Of a DNA stretch of 64,000 nt, positions 47,404 through 57,657 are shown one piece after another. How positions within the stretch are numbered: the first letter of the stretch is position 1; every line of letters starts with the position of its first letter. The stretch comes from Candidatus Marinacidobacterales bacterium (GTDB lineage Bacteria; Acidobacteriota; Vicinamibacteria; Marinacidobacterales; DATDRI01), in NCBI GenBank assembly GCA_965226495.1, contig OZ245365.1:1024001-1088000 (forward strand), in the 5' to 3' direction. Position numbers and translations under genes: made by a program. The notes below the pieces were generated by a model. The model ran no database searches. It was not told where the DNA came from and saw only the letters and a program-made list of their open reading frames with translations.

Positions 47404-48210
47404 ATGGGGCTGAGGATGGGACAGGATTTGCTTCAACTGACGCGATTTCGAATCGACGATCAGACGCATGGGGCGGGGCAAGTGCTTCCATGGCACACCC
47501 ACGATGCGCCGCTGTTGAGCCTCGTTCTGGAAGGTCGGTACGAGGAGGTGTACCCCCACCGTCACTTCAACTGCGGGCCGTTCGACCTGGTGTTGAAGCC
47601 GGGAGGCGAACGCCACTCCGATCAGGTGGGTGACGGGGGTGCACGTTCCCTGTTGGTCGCTCTATCGACCGGTCACGACCTGGAGATGGAGAGATTCGTG
47701 AGCTCTCTCTCCGAGCCGCGGGTTGTCTCCGACCCGCGTGTGCGCCATCTCGTGCGGCGCACTGCCCGCGAGTGGCGGATGAGGGACGAGCTGACGTCCC
47801 TTGCGCTCGAAGCGGGATTGCTCGAGCTCGTCGTGAGTCTCGCACGTGGATCCCGGCCACGAAACCGTTCGCGCGGCAGGCCACCGAGATGGTTGACGCG
47901 AGCCGACGAACTCATCAGCGACACCTACCGAGGAACCGTCGTCCTCGACGAGGTGGCGAAGGAATGCGGCGTCCATCCCGCGCATCTCGCTCGCGCGTTT
48001 CGCAAGTGGCGCGGGTGTTCGATTGGCGAGTACGTTCGCGCGCTGCGAATCGAAACGGCGGTGCGGGCGCTCACCGACACCGATCTGCCGCTTACGGAGA
48101 TTGCGCTCTCTTCGGGGTTCTACGACCAGAGCCACATGGGACGCGCACTGCGGCGAAGCCTCGGGGCGACGCCCCTCGAGATCCGGAGTCGGCGTGGAAG
48201 GTGCGAGTAA
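47404..48210 (+). CDS. AraC family transcriptional regulator
   Basis: Cupin PWHTHD; VAKECGVHPAHLARAFR, LTEIALSSGFYDQSH. Confidence 0.92.
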   Translation: MGLRMGQDLLQLTRFRIDDQTHGAGQVLPWHTHDAPLLSLVLEGRYEEVYPHRHFNCGPFDLVLKPGGERHSDQVGDGGARSLLVALSTGHDLEMERFVSSLSEPRVVSDPRVRHLVRRTAREWRMRDELTSLALEAGLLELVVSLARGSRPRNRSRGRPPRWLTRADELISDTYRGTVVLDEVAKECGVHPAHLARAFRKWRGCSIGEYVRALRIETAVRALTDTDLPLTEIALSSGFYDQSHMGRALRRSLGATPLEIRSRRGRCE

Positions 48211-48249
48211 GCCGCCGTTTCGACTCAAACCAGCGGGCCGTGGGCGCGA

Positions 48250-49023
48250 TCAGCAACCTCGCGTGAAGTACCACACCCAGGGACCCTTGTCCTGCGAGCG
48301 CCAGCGTATCCACCCTTCGGTAACTTTCGTCTCGATCGCCTCGCCGGCGCAGTAATCCGAAGGCTGGGTGACGCGAGCCTTCATCCAGTCACCTCGAAAC
48401 TCGATGGGCTCGAGATGGTGGTCGCCAGCGATCCAATGAAGGCGTTCAGCGGTCTCGTCGGGACCGGATCGCAGAGCGTGGGGCACCTCGGTCCGGAAAT
48501 GGAGCGGCGAGATTTCGCCACTCGTGAAGCGCTCCTCCCAGCCCTCGAGCCGCAGTCTTTGATCCTGTAAGTGACAAGTGTGGAGCCACGCCGTTCCGTC
48601 CTGATCGCCCGCTGGCTTCCCGTACCTAAACCGTATCCATCCGTCGCTTTGCTCCAGGACGACAAAGCTCATCGACTCGTAGCCGGTCTCGACCATTCCG
48701 GCGGTGCCTGCTGCGACGGACTCAGTCGACTCATCTGCATCCACGAGCCACCCGTTGATGAACCAAGCAAAAGGCTCACCTCTCGGGTTCTCGTAGAGGG
48801 GGAGGGCGACCTTCAACCACCAGTCCCAGATGTCCTCGCGGCCATTTAGAGTCAAATGGCCGATACCCAACGGCGACTCGGTGTAGCCGCCGGCCCAATC
48901 GTAAAGCGAGCCGAAGGAGGTGTTGGCGTCGAGTGGCGGAGGAACTCGGGGCGCTTCGTCAGAATGCCCGTCATCACAGGGTGAGGGAGCCACGAGCAAA
49001 AGGGCGAAGAGAATTCCGCTCAC
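48250..49023 (-). CDS. Secreted hypothetical protein (possible SH3-like repeats)
   Basis: Signal-like N-terminus; VLEQSDGWIRF and PIEFRGDWMKAR..EGWIRW. Confidence 0.6.
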   Translation of the reverse strand: MSGILFALLLVAPSPCDDGHSDEAPRVPPPLDANTSFGSLYDWAGGYTESPLGIGHLTLNGREDIWDWWLKVALPLYENPRGEPFAWFINGWLVDADESTESVAAGTAGMVETGYESMSFVVLEQSDGWIRFRYGKPAGDQDGTAWLHTCHLQDQRLRLEGWEERFTSGEISPLHFRTEVPHALRSGPDETAERLHWIAGDHHLEPIEFRGDWMKARVTQPSDYCAGEAIETKVTEGWIRWRSQDKGPWVWYFTRGC

Positions 49024-49032
49024 GCGACGCGT

Positions 49033-49359
49033 TCAGCCCTTAGGAACGATCTTCCCGGCAAGCGTTTGGGTGACGATCTTGCCGTCGCGAATGACGAACG
49101 TGTCGGTGGCGAGCTCGTAGACATTGTCTGCGGTCTCGCCGTCGACGATTTGGGTCTTCATCTCGAACGAAGCTCCCGGTTTTGCGAACTCCGCAAAGAA
49201 AGCTTCGAACAACGATCGCATCTCGCCCGGACCCCGCAAGATTCCGTCGGACGTAAAGAGAACGGACTCTTCGGTATAGTCTTCGAGAATGCCGTCCAAG
49301 TCGCCTTCTCCGAAGGACTTCAAATGGTGCTCGAGTATTTGCTGCGTGGTTGCTGGCAT
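49033..49359 (-). CDS. SnoaL/NTF2-like protein (apparent short internal deletion)
   Basis: ILEHHLKSFGEGDLDGILEDYTEESVL, ATDTFVIRDGKIVTQT. Confidence 0.8.
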   Translation of the reverse strand: MPATTQQILEHHLKSFGEGDLDGILEDYTEESVLFTSDGILRGPGEMRSLFEAFFAEFAKPGASFEMKTQIVDGETADNVYELATDTFVIRDGKIVTQTLAGKIVPKG

Positions 49360-49464
49360 ACCGTCATCGAAACCGTAGTTAAATAAATGTTACGAGGTCG
49401 GTGGAAGTGTCAAGCGTGCGCTTGGCCGTTCGGCTGAGGTGTAGATGCTCCGTCGTCGATATCC

Positions 49465-50364
49465 TTAGCGTTCCGACACTAACCCCGAGCCCAGAAGCTC
49501 GAGGGCAGCATCACGAACGAGAGGCCAGGTCGATGAAGCTGGATCGATCAGCTCGAAGTGCCCGGACTCCGGCGCTTCGATGAGTCGCACGTCATCGCCG
49601 GCCGCTTTCGCTGCCTCGAAGTAGCGAACGCCGATGGGGGCCCAGTCGTAGTCGTACTTACCGTTGATGAGGATCTGAGGCAAGCCGAGGGGCACGAGCT
49701 CCACGAGGGAAGCCTGGGCATAGTGGTCCGGAACGTCTTCTGGTGATCCTCCCACCAGTCTGTCGACCGCTCCTTCACAGGGACGTTTCTCATGAAGGTA
49801 GGCAAGGTCGGGAACCGAGGCAAGCGCAAGGACTCCCTTCAGCGGGATCGGATTTCCGAAACGGATGGGGCTATCGTCGGTCAGGCGGTGTCGAGCCGCG
49901 ACCCACAACGCGAGGTGGCCGCCCGCCGAATGGCCGATCGAAATGACGTGCTCGAGGTCGAGCGGGTAGTCCTTCGCTAGGATCCGGAGATGGTCGGCGC
50001 CGCGTGCAATGTCCTCGAAGGTCCCCGGCCACCCGCCGCCCTCGTTGCCGACTCTGCGGTACTCGAGGTTCCAGACGGCGATGCCGCTGTCAGCAAGGGC
50101 CTCGGCGAATCGCGCGTTGTGCTCGATGTTGTACATCGAGAGGAAGCAGCCGCCGTGGATCAAGATTGCGACCGGATAGGGTCCCGGTCCTTCGGGAAGT
50201 CTCAGATCGCCGAACTGGAGCTCGTCGTCACCATAGGGGATCCGCACATCGGCGGGCGGGGAATCCCATTTCGAGATGTCGTCCACCGTCAAGATTCGAG
50301 GTTGGGCAGCCGCCGCGGCGTTCCACCCCAGGATGATCCCGATGATAGTGACAGTAGTTTTCAT
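49465..50364 (-). CDS. Secreted alpha/beta hydrolase (esterase)
   Basis: IHGGC, NLEYRRVG..GGGWPGTFED, GHSAGG, GHFELIDP. Confidence 0.9.
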   Translation of the reverse strand: MKTTVTIIGIILGWNAAAAAQPRILTVDDISKWDSPPADVRIPYGDDELQFGDLRLPEGPGPYPVAILIHGGCFLSMYNIEHNARFAEALADSGIAVWNLEYRRVGNEGGGWPGTFEDIARGADHLRILAKDYPLDLEHVISIGHSAGGHLALWVAARHRLTDDSPIRFGNPIPLKGVLALASVPDLAYLHEKRPCEGAVDRLVGGSPEDVPDHYAQASLVELVPLGLPQILINGKYDYDWAPIGVRYFEAAKAAGDDVRLIEAPESGHFELIDPASSTWPLVRDAALELLGSGLVSER

Positions 50365-50505
50365 GGGCTTGGATCCTAGCCTGTCTCCATCAGTTCAATC
50401 AAATCCCAGCGAAGGGCCCGTTCGGAAATCCCGACCAGGTACTATCAATACTTTCGTTTTTGCTTTATCTTGCGAACCGCGCGCACAAAGCGGCAGGAGG
50501 CGATT

Positions 50506-52335
50506 ATGAAACTGAGGTTCGTGGAGTCGAAATGGCGAACGCGGGTAGCGGTCGGCTTGATTTTGGTGCCGCTGCTATCGTGCGCGCCGTCGGCGGATCC
50601 TGCGCCGGATCTCATTCTGTTCAACGGCAAGATTCTCACCGTGAACGAAACGTTCGCGATTGCCGAGGCGGTTGCGATCGCCGGTGGACGGTTCGTTGCC
50701 GTCGGCGCATCCGAGGAGGTGCGCGCACTAGCCGGGGCTCGGACTAGGCAAGTCGATCTCGGCGATCTGACCGTCGTACCGGGCCTCTGGGATTCGCACA
50801 ATCACCAGTACAGCCGAGTGGCTCGCGAGCTTTCGAACGCGTCGCACGTGCGACATGTGGATCTCTCGCAGGTTCAGTCCGTCAAGGAGATCCAGGCGGC
50901 TATCGCCGAGCGGGCGCGGGACACCGAACCCGGTGTGTGGATCTACGGCTCACGGGGATGGTGGGAATACCGTTTGGCCGAGCAGCGCCTTCCGAATCGT
51001 CTGGATCTCGACGAAGCCGCTCCGCGCAATCCGGTGGTGATCCCGGGGCCGTCTCACTACGTCATTGCTAACACGATGGCGCTGACTCTCTCTGAAATAG
51101 ACCGGGATACTCCAGACCCGTACGGCGGGATTATCGAACGAGACGAAAAGACCGGAGAACCGACCGGCGTGCTCTTCGATCGTGCCGGAGCGTTGGTTCA
51201 GGGCGAGCCGCCGCCTTCGCTTAGCGCAGAAGAAGAGCTCGAAGGGCTTCGCCAAATCATCGATCGCCAGCACTCCCATGGCATTACATCCATTCGCGAG
51301 GCCGGTGTGGGCCCGGTCGCGGTCGACGCTTACAGGGCCCTCCTCGACGCAGGACGATTAACGCAGCGCGTCGATCTCTGGTATCGGCTCGACCCCTTGA
51401 GCAAGAAACCGGGAAGCGATGGCCATGTGCCCGGACTGCCGACCCTCGAACCGGCCGACCCGAGCGCCCTAAAGACGATGGGCGAAATAGAGGAAGAAGC
51501 TAACTCGCTACTGAGCCCGGGGACGATCTTCGGCGACGGCATGATCCGTATCGGCGGCATCAAAATGATCCTCGACGGCGCCGAGCGTAAGGCTTTCTTG
51601 AGAGAGGAATATCCGGGCCAGCCGGGCTATCACGGTGTCCTGTTTATTCCCGAGGAACAACTCACACGAGTTTCCATCCGGCTCAATCGCATGGGCTGGC
51701 CGGTCACAGCCCACGCAGTCGGGGATGCGGCCATCGACGTGCTTCTGAACGCCTACGAAGCGGCGAACGAAGACTCCAGCATTGTGGGCAAGCGCTGGGG
51801 CATCGAACATGCGTTTCTGGTCAGGCCGGAGCACTTCGATCGTGCGAGTCGGTTGAGGCTGACGGTCAACTCACAGTACCCGCACAACGCCCAGCTCGGT
51901 TCCATGATGATTCGCTCCTGGGGCGAGCGGATGGCGAATATGTGCTTACCGTTCAAGAGCTGGATGGAGCACGGCATCACATTGGCTGGCGGCTCCGACG
52001 GTCCGATCTCCTACCATTCCGATCCGATGCTGATTCTCTGGGGGTCGGTGACGCGTGGGACGTTGTGGGGTGGGGTGTTGGGGCCAGAGGAAGGGTTGGA
52101 TCGGGAACAGGCGCTCCGCACACTGACCATCAATGCTGCCTATGCTTCATTCTGGGAAGAGGAGCTCGGCTCGATTGAACCGGGCAAGTACGCGGATCTC
52201 GTGGTCCTCTCGGATGATTACCTGAATGTGCCCGAAGATGCGATCAGGGACATCGAGGTTTTGGTTACCGTGGTCGGAGGCGAACCTGTCCACGGTACGT
52301 TCGACAGACTTTCCGTAGCAGAAACCGAACCATAG
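50506..52335 (+). CDS. Amidohydrolase 3 (YtcJ-like) lipoprotein
   Basis: Lipobox LLSC; PGLWDSHNH, KMILDG, HAVGDAA, IEHA, GGSD, GSIEPGKYADLVVL. Confidence 0.92.
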   Translation: MKLRFVESKWRTRVAVGLILVPLLSCAPSADPAPDLILFNGKILTVNETFAIAEAVAIAGGRFVAVGASEEVRALAGARTRQVDLGDLTVVPGLWDSHNHQYSRVARELSNASHVRHVDLSQVQSVKEIQAAIAERARDTEPGVWIYGSRGWWEYRLAEQRLPNRLDLDEAAPRNPVVIPGPSHYVIANTMALTLSEIDRDTPDPYGGIIERDEKTGEPTGVLFDRAGALVQGEPPPSLSAEEELEGLRQIIDRQHSHGITSIREAGVGPVAVDAYRALLDAGRLTQRVDLWYRLDPLSKKPGSDGHVPGLPTLEPADPSALKTMGEIEEEANSLLSPGTIFGDGMIRIGGIKMILDGAERKAFLREEYPGQPGYHGVLFIPEEQLTRVSIRLNRMGWPVTAHAVGDAAIDVLLNAYEAANEDSSIVGKRWGIEHAFLVRPEHFDRASRLRLTVNSQYPHNAQLGSMMIRSWGERMANMCLPFKSWMEHGITLAGGSDGPISYHSDPMLILWGSVTRGTLWGGVLGPEEGLDREQALRTLTINAAYASFWEEELGSIEPGKYADLVVLSDDYLNVPEDAIRDIEVLVTVVGGEPVHGTFDRLSVAETEP

Positions 52336-52348
52336 GAGGTAGTTTGCG

Positions 52349-53344
52349 ATGTTGAAGAGCAAATACGCGCGGGTAACGATTTGCTTCAGTTTCGTTCTTG
52401 CACTCATGTCAACTTCATTCGTTGCGGCCCAAGACGGCGAGGAGCATCGAGGACCCGCTGGGGACGCCGAGGAACTGCAGTTCACTCGCGTCAATGGCGT
52501 CAGACTTGCTTACCGTATCGAAGGGGCTGGCGTTCCGGTCATTTTTCTCCATGCCGAGCCCGGGTCGCATGAGCAGTGGAGCTCCCAGATGGAGGCCTTT
52601 AGTCAAGAGTACCTCTTCATCAGCTATGACCGCCGCGGCAACGGTTCGTCCGAAGCGCCGGTCTACAGTTATTCGCCCCGTGCTCACGCCGAGGACCTAA
52701 ATCAGCTGATGAATTTTCTCGGCCTCCGCGACGCACACTTCGTCGCGACTTCCCGGAGCGGAATGATCATCCTCATATTCCTCAAGCACTACCCGGAGAA
52801 GGTGCGAAGCATTATTTTTGCAGACGCGATGACACCTCTCGTGAAGCTCCCACCGCTCTGGCAACACATCATCGACCGGCGATTGACGGAACCGGTTCCG
52901 TCTCTGGAAGAGGTTCTGAAGCGACGCGAGGCTCGGAAGCATCTACCGGGGTTGAAAGTGGCAAGGTCTATGCCGCATGTGCGAGAAATCTTGGATCGAA
53001 TGGTAGATCAGTACAGTCCTCGCATCTACCTCACACCGCAGAGGTCCGACATTACGTCTACTCTAGACATCGGTCCTTGGAACCATCGCGACTTTCCGGA
53101 GATGACGAAGATGTATCAGCCAATGCTCTTGCTGGTTGGCGAGCTGACCGATCCTCTCTTTGCAGAAGGCTCCAAGGAGGCGCACAAGCTTTGGCCGAAC
53201 TCTCGTTACCACGTGATTCCCGGAACGGATCATCTGCTGATGCTCGAGGCGCCCGAAGAGTTTAATCGTCTTTCTCTGGAATTCCTGGCCGGCGTGGACG
53301 AGCGTAGGAGACAGAGGGACGAGTGGGTGGGACAGGTCCCGTAA
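52349..53344 (+). CDS. Secreted alpha/beta hydrolase with atypical nucleophile elbow
   Basis: YDRRGNGSS, ATSRSG, LLVGELTD, HLLMLEAPEEFN. Confidence 0.8.
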   Translation: MLKSKYARVTICFSFVLALMSTSFVAAQDGEEHRGPAGDAEELQFTRVNGVRLAYRIEGAGVPVIFLHAEPGSHEQWSSQMEAFSQEYLFISYDRRGNGSSEAPVYSYSPRAHAEDLNQLMNFLGLRDAHFVATSRSGMIILIFLKHYPEKVRSIIFADAMTPLVKLPPLWQHIIDRRLTEPVPSLEEVLKRREARKHLPGLKVARSMPHVREILDRMVDQYSPRIYLTPQRSDITSTLDIGPWNHRDFPEMTKMYQPMLLLVGELTDPLFAEGSKEAHKLWPNSRYHVIPGTDHLLMLEAPEEFNRLSLEFLAGVDERRRQRDEWVGQVP

Positions 53345-53366
53345 CGGCCCGTATGGAGAAAACGTC

Positions 53367-54437
53367 GTGAACAAACAATCAATAATCCACTCGCTCTCCT
53401 TCCTTTTTCTGGCGGTGACGGGTTTCGCTCAAGAACCGGCGGAATGGAGCGATGGACTGTACTTCCACACTTTCTCCATCGCTGCCGTGGATCCCATCAC
53501 GGGAGAATCAGGTGTTGCCGTTACTACCCGCGTGCCATGTGTGGGAAACGGTGTTCCTTGGGTGAGAGCTGGAGTCGGTGCGGTCGCCACCCAGGCCAAC
53601 ACTAGAGTGGAGTACGGTATCGAGCTTCTGGATTCGCTGGCCGCCGGTATGAGCGCGAAAGAAGCGTTGGCCAAGGCCGTCGCCGCGGATGAAGAGGCCG
53701 CCCATCGACAGGTTGGGGTCATCGGTCTTCAAGGAGGTGGCGCGCAACACACTGGAGACGAGACTTACGATTGGGCGGGGCATCGCGCGGGATCGAATTA
53801 TGTCGCGCAGGGGAACCTTCTCGTCGGTCCCCAAGTCGTGGAAGCGGTTGCCGCGTCGTTCGAAAGCACGGAAGGGAGCGGTCGTCATCTGGCCGACCGG
53901 CTGGTTGAAGCGCTCGCCGCCGGCCAGCTCGCGGGAGGGGATGCTCGAAAGGGTCGCTTGCAATCCGCCGCTGTCATCGTCGCCGATCCCAGGCCGGGGC
54001 GTTCGAGGCGACCCGACGGACAGACAACCAACATTAATGTATGCGAGAACCCCGAGCCGGTGGCGGAGCTCCGCCGGATCTACGACTCCATTTCCCGGAC
54101 GCTCGGCTATCGTACTCTGGAGCAATTCTCGGGAAACGACGTCTGGCAACTCAAGCTGATCCTGCACGCTCTAGGCCGTTACCGGGCCGACGAGCCGATG
54201 CCGGAGCCTGGGCCTGGGCGTGGGCCTGGGAACGAAGCGAACGTCTATACCCTCGAAGCGGTGGAGGCAGTCGACGCCTTTAGGGAAGCGGAGGGACTTT
54301 CGACTTCCGACCTCGGCTCACCGCCGGGCTTAGTCGATGAGGAGACCGTCGAGCGATTGTGGGCGGCGCTGGAGCGGGCGGGAAAGGCCGAGGCAGTTCG
54401 CGCGCGGATCCGAGAGCTGACGGCCGTCCGCCGATAG
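53367..54437 (+). CDS. DUF1028 (Ntn-hydrolase-like) protein
   Basis: HTFSIAAVDP.TGESGVAV, GVGAVATQA, RQVGV, QGNLL, GGDARKGRLQSAA. Confidence 0.9.
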   Translation: MNKQSIIHSLSFLFLAVTGFAQEPAEWSDGLYFHTFSIAAVDPITGESGVAVTTRVPCVGNGVPWVRAGVGAVATQANTRVEYGIELLDSLAAGMSAKEALAKAVAADEEAAHRQVGVIGLQGGGAQHTGDETYDWAGHRAGSNYVAQGNLLVGPQVVEAVAASFESTEGSGRHLADRLVEALAAGQLAGGDARKGRLQSAAVIVADPRPGRSRRPDGQTTNINVCENPEPVAELRRIYDSISRTLGYRTLEQFSGNDVWQLKLILHALGRYRADEPMPEPGPGRGPGNEANVYTLEAVEAVDAFREAEGLSTSDLGSPPGLVDEETVERLWAALERAGKAEAVRARIRELTAVRR

Positions 54438-54454
54438 CGCGTTCCAAGAAGCTC

Positions 54455-55105
54455 TTATGGCTGGTGGGTATAGGGCTCTATCGTGAGCTTCGTTCCTGTG
54501 TAGTTCCCATCTGGAGCCACGGAGGGAAATTTGTACTCAGGTCGACTTAGTATCTCAAACACGGCGGGGTCTCTTTCCTTCAGAAGCTCTCTCGTATTGA
54601 GTTTCCATTCGTGCCCAATCTGCTCCAAACGTCCGGGAATGTCCTGCGCCCCGAGGAAGGAAGTAAAATAGGCACCTCCCCATCCGTAGTCCGAGACCAT
54701 GTGCAAGATCTCCTCGAGCGCCGTATCGAAAACGCCCTTTGCTTTTGCATTGGGACGTGTTTCCTCGTCATACAGGCCCTGTCCATTTGGACGCGAGTCT
54801 CTGGGTATGTTCCTACGTTCTTCCTGCGTCTTCGTCATGACGATGGCGCCCTTTGCCTCGATGATAGCTTCCAGGATCTTCGGGTTGTCGGGCTTCCCAT
54901 CCTCGTCGTTATCGATGTACTGAGCGAGAACACCAGCCGCATGCATCAGTTTGTCGTCGCCCGTCGTGTTGGTTGCATAGATCGGCACGCCCAATACATT
55001 CACTTTCTTAGTGAATGCCACTTGCTGCGCAAGTAGAACCGAACCGTCGACAGACAGCACCACAACACAGGCGAGCGTCGCGATTACGCCAATCCGCGAT
55101 CTCAT
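54455..55105 (-). CDS. Secreted zincin-like hypothetical protein (apparent internal deletion)
   Basis: FTKKVNVLGV, HAAGVLAQYIDNDEDGKPDNP, EEILHMV, EWKLNTRELLKERDP. Confidence 0.6.
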   Translation of the reverse strand: MRSRIGVIATLACVVVLSVDGSVLLAQQVAFTKKVNVLGVPIYATNTTGDDKLMHAAGVLAQYIDNDEDGKPDNPKILEAIIEAKGAIVMTKTQEERRNIPRDSRPNGQGLYDEETRPNAKAKGVFDTALEEILHMVSDYGWGGAYFTSFLGAQDIPGRLEQIGHEWKLNTRELLKERDPAVFEILSRPEYKFPSVAPDGNYTGTKLTIEPYTHQP

Positions 55106-55955
55106 AGTCCCCAGCCTTCTCTGAACGCGGGTTTGATGGACTGGTCGGCTTCCGGTGCATCGGTGGCCTTCATGTTCGGGCCATCCCAGTAGATCTTCTT
55201 GCCCGTCCGCAGCGCGACATTGCCTAGCAAGATTGTTTCGGTCATGGGCCCGGAGTAGTCGAAGTTGCCGTGCACGGGATCGCCGCTCTTGCAGGCGTCT
55301 ATCCAGCCTCGATGGTGGCCGGGAACCCGGAGGATCGTTTTGGGTGGTCGCTGGTAGGCCTTCATCTTGGACTCAGGAATAATCCGGGGGGAGCCAGCCC
55401 AACCACCGCACATAATGACGCCGTGGTCGCCTACAAAATAGATTCCGTTCTCTCCCATTCTGCGACCCTCTCCAACTCGCTGGGGCGTGGGGGCATCAAG
55501 CCGCCGTCGTACCATTTCATAGTTACCGGCGACATGTTGCCGCGGGCCGGGAACTCATAATGATAGAGCGCGCCAGCGGGCACGGTGTCATCACTGAATC
55601 GGGTGGAGGTTGCTTCTACATTAGTAGGAGGACTCAAGTCCAGGGCCCAAAAGGCGGGATCCAGATTGTGACAGGCCATGTCGCCGATCGCGCTGGTGCC
55701 GAACTCCCACCAACCGCGCCAATTGTACGGTGCGTAGGCAGAGTGATAGGGCCGTTCCGAGGCGGGGCCGAGCCAGAGATCCCAGTTCATCCCCTCCGGT
55801 ACCGGTTCCGCCTCCCGCGGTCTCCGGTCCGTTTCCAGCCAAGAGAGTCCTCCCGAGCTACTCCAACCGTGGACTTCCCGTACCGGCCCAATCGCGCCGT
55901 CTCGTATCCACTCTCGCGTCAAGCGGATCCCCTCCTCAGAGTGACCATGACCTTG
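55102..55955 (-). pseudogene. Gfo/Idh/MocA oxidoreductase lacking the NAD-binding N-terminus, frameshifted
   Basis: QGHS, GAIGPVREV, WDLWLGPA, WRGWWEFGTSAIGDMACH, WYDGG; frame switch near 55470; TETILLGNVALR. Confidence 0.85.
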
Positions 55956-56009
55956 CGATCTATCGGTTCCTCACCGTCGGGGATTTACGACAATAGTGAA
56001 CGAAACCGA

Positions 56010-57461
56010 CTATGCAGTCGCGGATGCTCGAGCGATCTCGGCCGCGGCTTCCAATGAGCCGACAGACCAGCAGAGGGAGATGAGCTTCTCCGTCTGTTTG
56101 GAGCTCAAGATTCCCTCGGCTTGACCTCGAAACTTGGCCTCCAAGTCGGCGTCCGTCATGGGGCGTTTCAGACTTCCGATGGCGTGTTCGATATGCTCTG
56201 TCAGCTTGCGTCCGTCGCTGAGCACGATCGTCACGTAAGCTTCGTCCTCGCGTATGCCACTTTCAGTCACGGCAGTGACGCGATCGCGCAAGGCGATGAC
56301 CTCGGGAGCCTGGACGGTGGCGTCGGTGAATTCCTTTTGTCCGGCGGCGCCGCGAAGGATGGCCACGGCGCTCGAGTGGTAGACGCTGAACTTTCCCTCT
56401 AGACCAGTAGAGGGGGACTTCTTGCCAGTAAGCTCCAAAACCAAAGGGTGTACACGGAGCTCCACCCGCTCGATACTCTCGGCCACGAGTTGGTGCTCGC
56501 GACGCAATTGAATGCAGCCGTCGATCACGGGATGTATCACGATGCCGCAGGCGAACGGCTTGTAGGTGTTGCGGGTGATCTCGAAGTTTTCTCCCAAGCC
56601 TTCGGTGATTGCTGAGAAATCACGTTCCTCGGATAGAACATAGGCGAAACCACGAGGCGCTTCGAGAACTCGTTCGGAGCTGGTGAAGTCCTTGGACGCC
56701 AGCAAGGCCGAGGTGAGTCCGTTCTGGGCAGCCCGGCCAGGGTGGAAGGATTTGCACATCGTGCCGAACATCTCCCGAAGTCCCGCCGATTGAGTGCCCG
56801 CAATCCCGAGAGCCCAAGTCATCTGCCGCTCATCGAGCCCGATTAGCTTGCCTGCCGCGGCGGCCGCTCCGAACACACCCGCGGTTCCAGTGATGTGGTA
56901 CCCCCGGTCGTAGTGCCATGGATAAACGGATCGACCGATGCGGCACTCTACATCCACGCCGAGGGTGAAGGCGTGAAGGAACTGTTCGCCGCTCACCGGT
57001 CGTTTTTCCGCGAGGGCTAGGATCGCCGAAGCCACCGGTCCAGCCGGGTGAATGATTGTTTCGAGATCGGTGTCGTCGAAGTCCAGGACGTGCGAGCTGA
57101 TCCCATTCACGAGGGAGGCGTGCAAGACGTCGAGGCGCTCCCCCCGGCCGATGACGGTCGCCACCCGGGGCCCGGAGAACTCCGACAAAGCTGCCAAGGC
57201 TCGCTCGACCGTCTCTTGGTGAGAGCCGCCCACGGCGCAGCCGACCCAGTTCAGGACGGATCGGGTCGCCTCCTTTCGCGCCGGTTCGGGAACGTCGGAC
57301 CATTTCGAGGCCACCACATATCGGGCGAGCTGGCGGGTCACGTCGCCATCTGGTGTGGGACGGCTTGATTTCGCCATGCCCATCGGAGCGGCCTGGGAAA
57401 CACCGAGTACAGCGGATGTCTTAAGGAACGTTCGTCTCGAGATATTTCTCTCTTGGTTCAT
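56010..57461 (-). CDS. MmgE/PrpD family protein with Tat signal
   Basis: SRRTFLK; NGISSHVLDFDDT, HPAGP, GTMCKSFHPG, KPFACG..IHP, KFS. Confidence 0.92.
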   Translation of the reverse strand: MNQERNISRRTFLKTSAVLGVSQAAPMGMAKSSRPTPDGDVTRQLARYVVASKWSDVPEPARKEATRSVLNWVGCAVGGSHQETVERALAALSEFSGPRVATVIGRGERLDVLHASLVNGISSHVLDFDDTDLETIIHPAGPVASAILALAEKRPVSGEQFLHAFTLGVDVECRIGRSVYPWHYDRGYHITGTAGVFGAAAAAGKLIGLDERQMTWALGIAGTQSAGLREMFGTMCKSFHPGRAAQNGLTSALLASKDFTSSERVLEAPRGFAYVLSEERDFSAITEGLGENFEITRNTYKPFACGIVIHPVIDGCIQLRREHQLVAESIERVELRVHPLVLELTGKKSPSTGLEGKFSVYHSSAVAILRGAAGQKEFTDATVQAPEVIALRDRVTAVTESGIREDEAYVTIVLSDGRKLTEHIEHAIGSLKRPMTDADLEAKFRGQAEGILSSKQTEKLISLCWSVGSLEAAAEIARASATA

Positions 57462-57657
57462 GAGTCTCCCCAGCTTTGTGTCGTGGCCGCCATATCGGCG
57501 TTGGCACGATCGTTGCCGTTTCCCGGTGGCAGGTCAAGTGCGCGATGAGGGTTGAGAAGCTGCGGCGTGTCGCGCCCCCACCGTGGTAACATCTGCTGCC
57601 ACCCCTGAGTGGCGTACCTCGAGAACCAACGTTCTTCCACGGATTCAAGGAGACATC

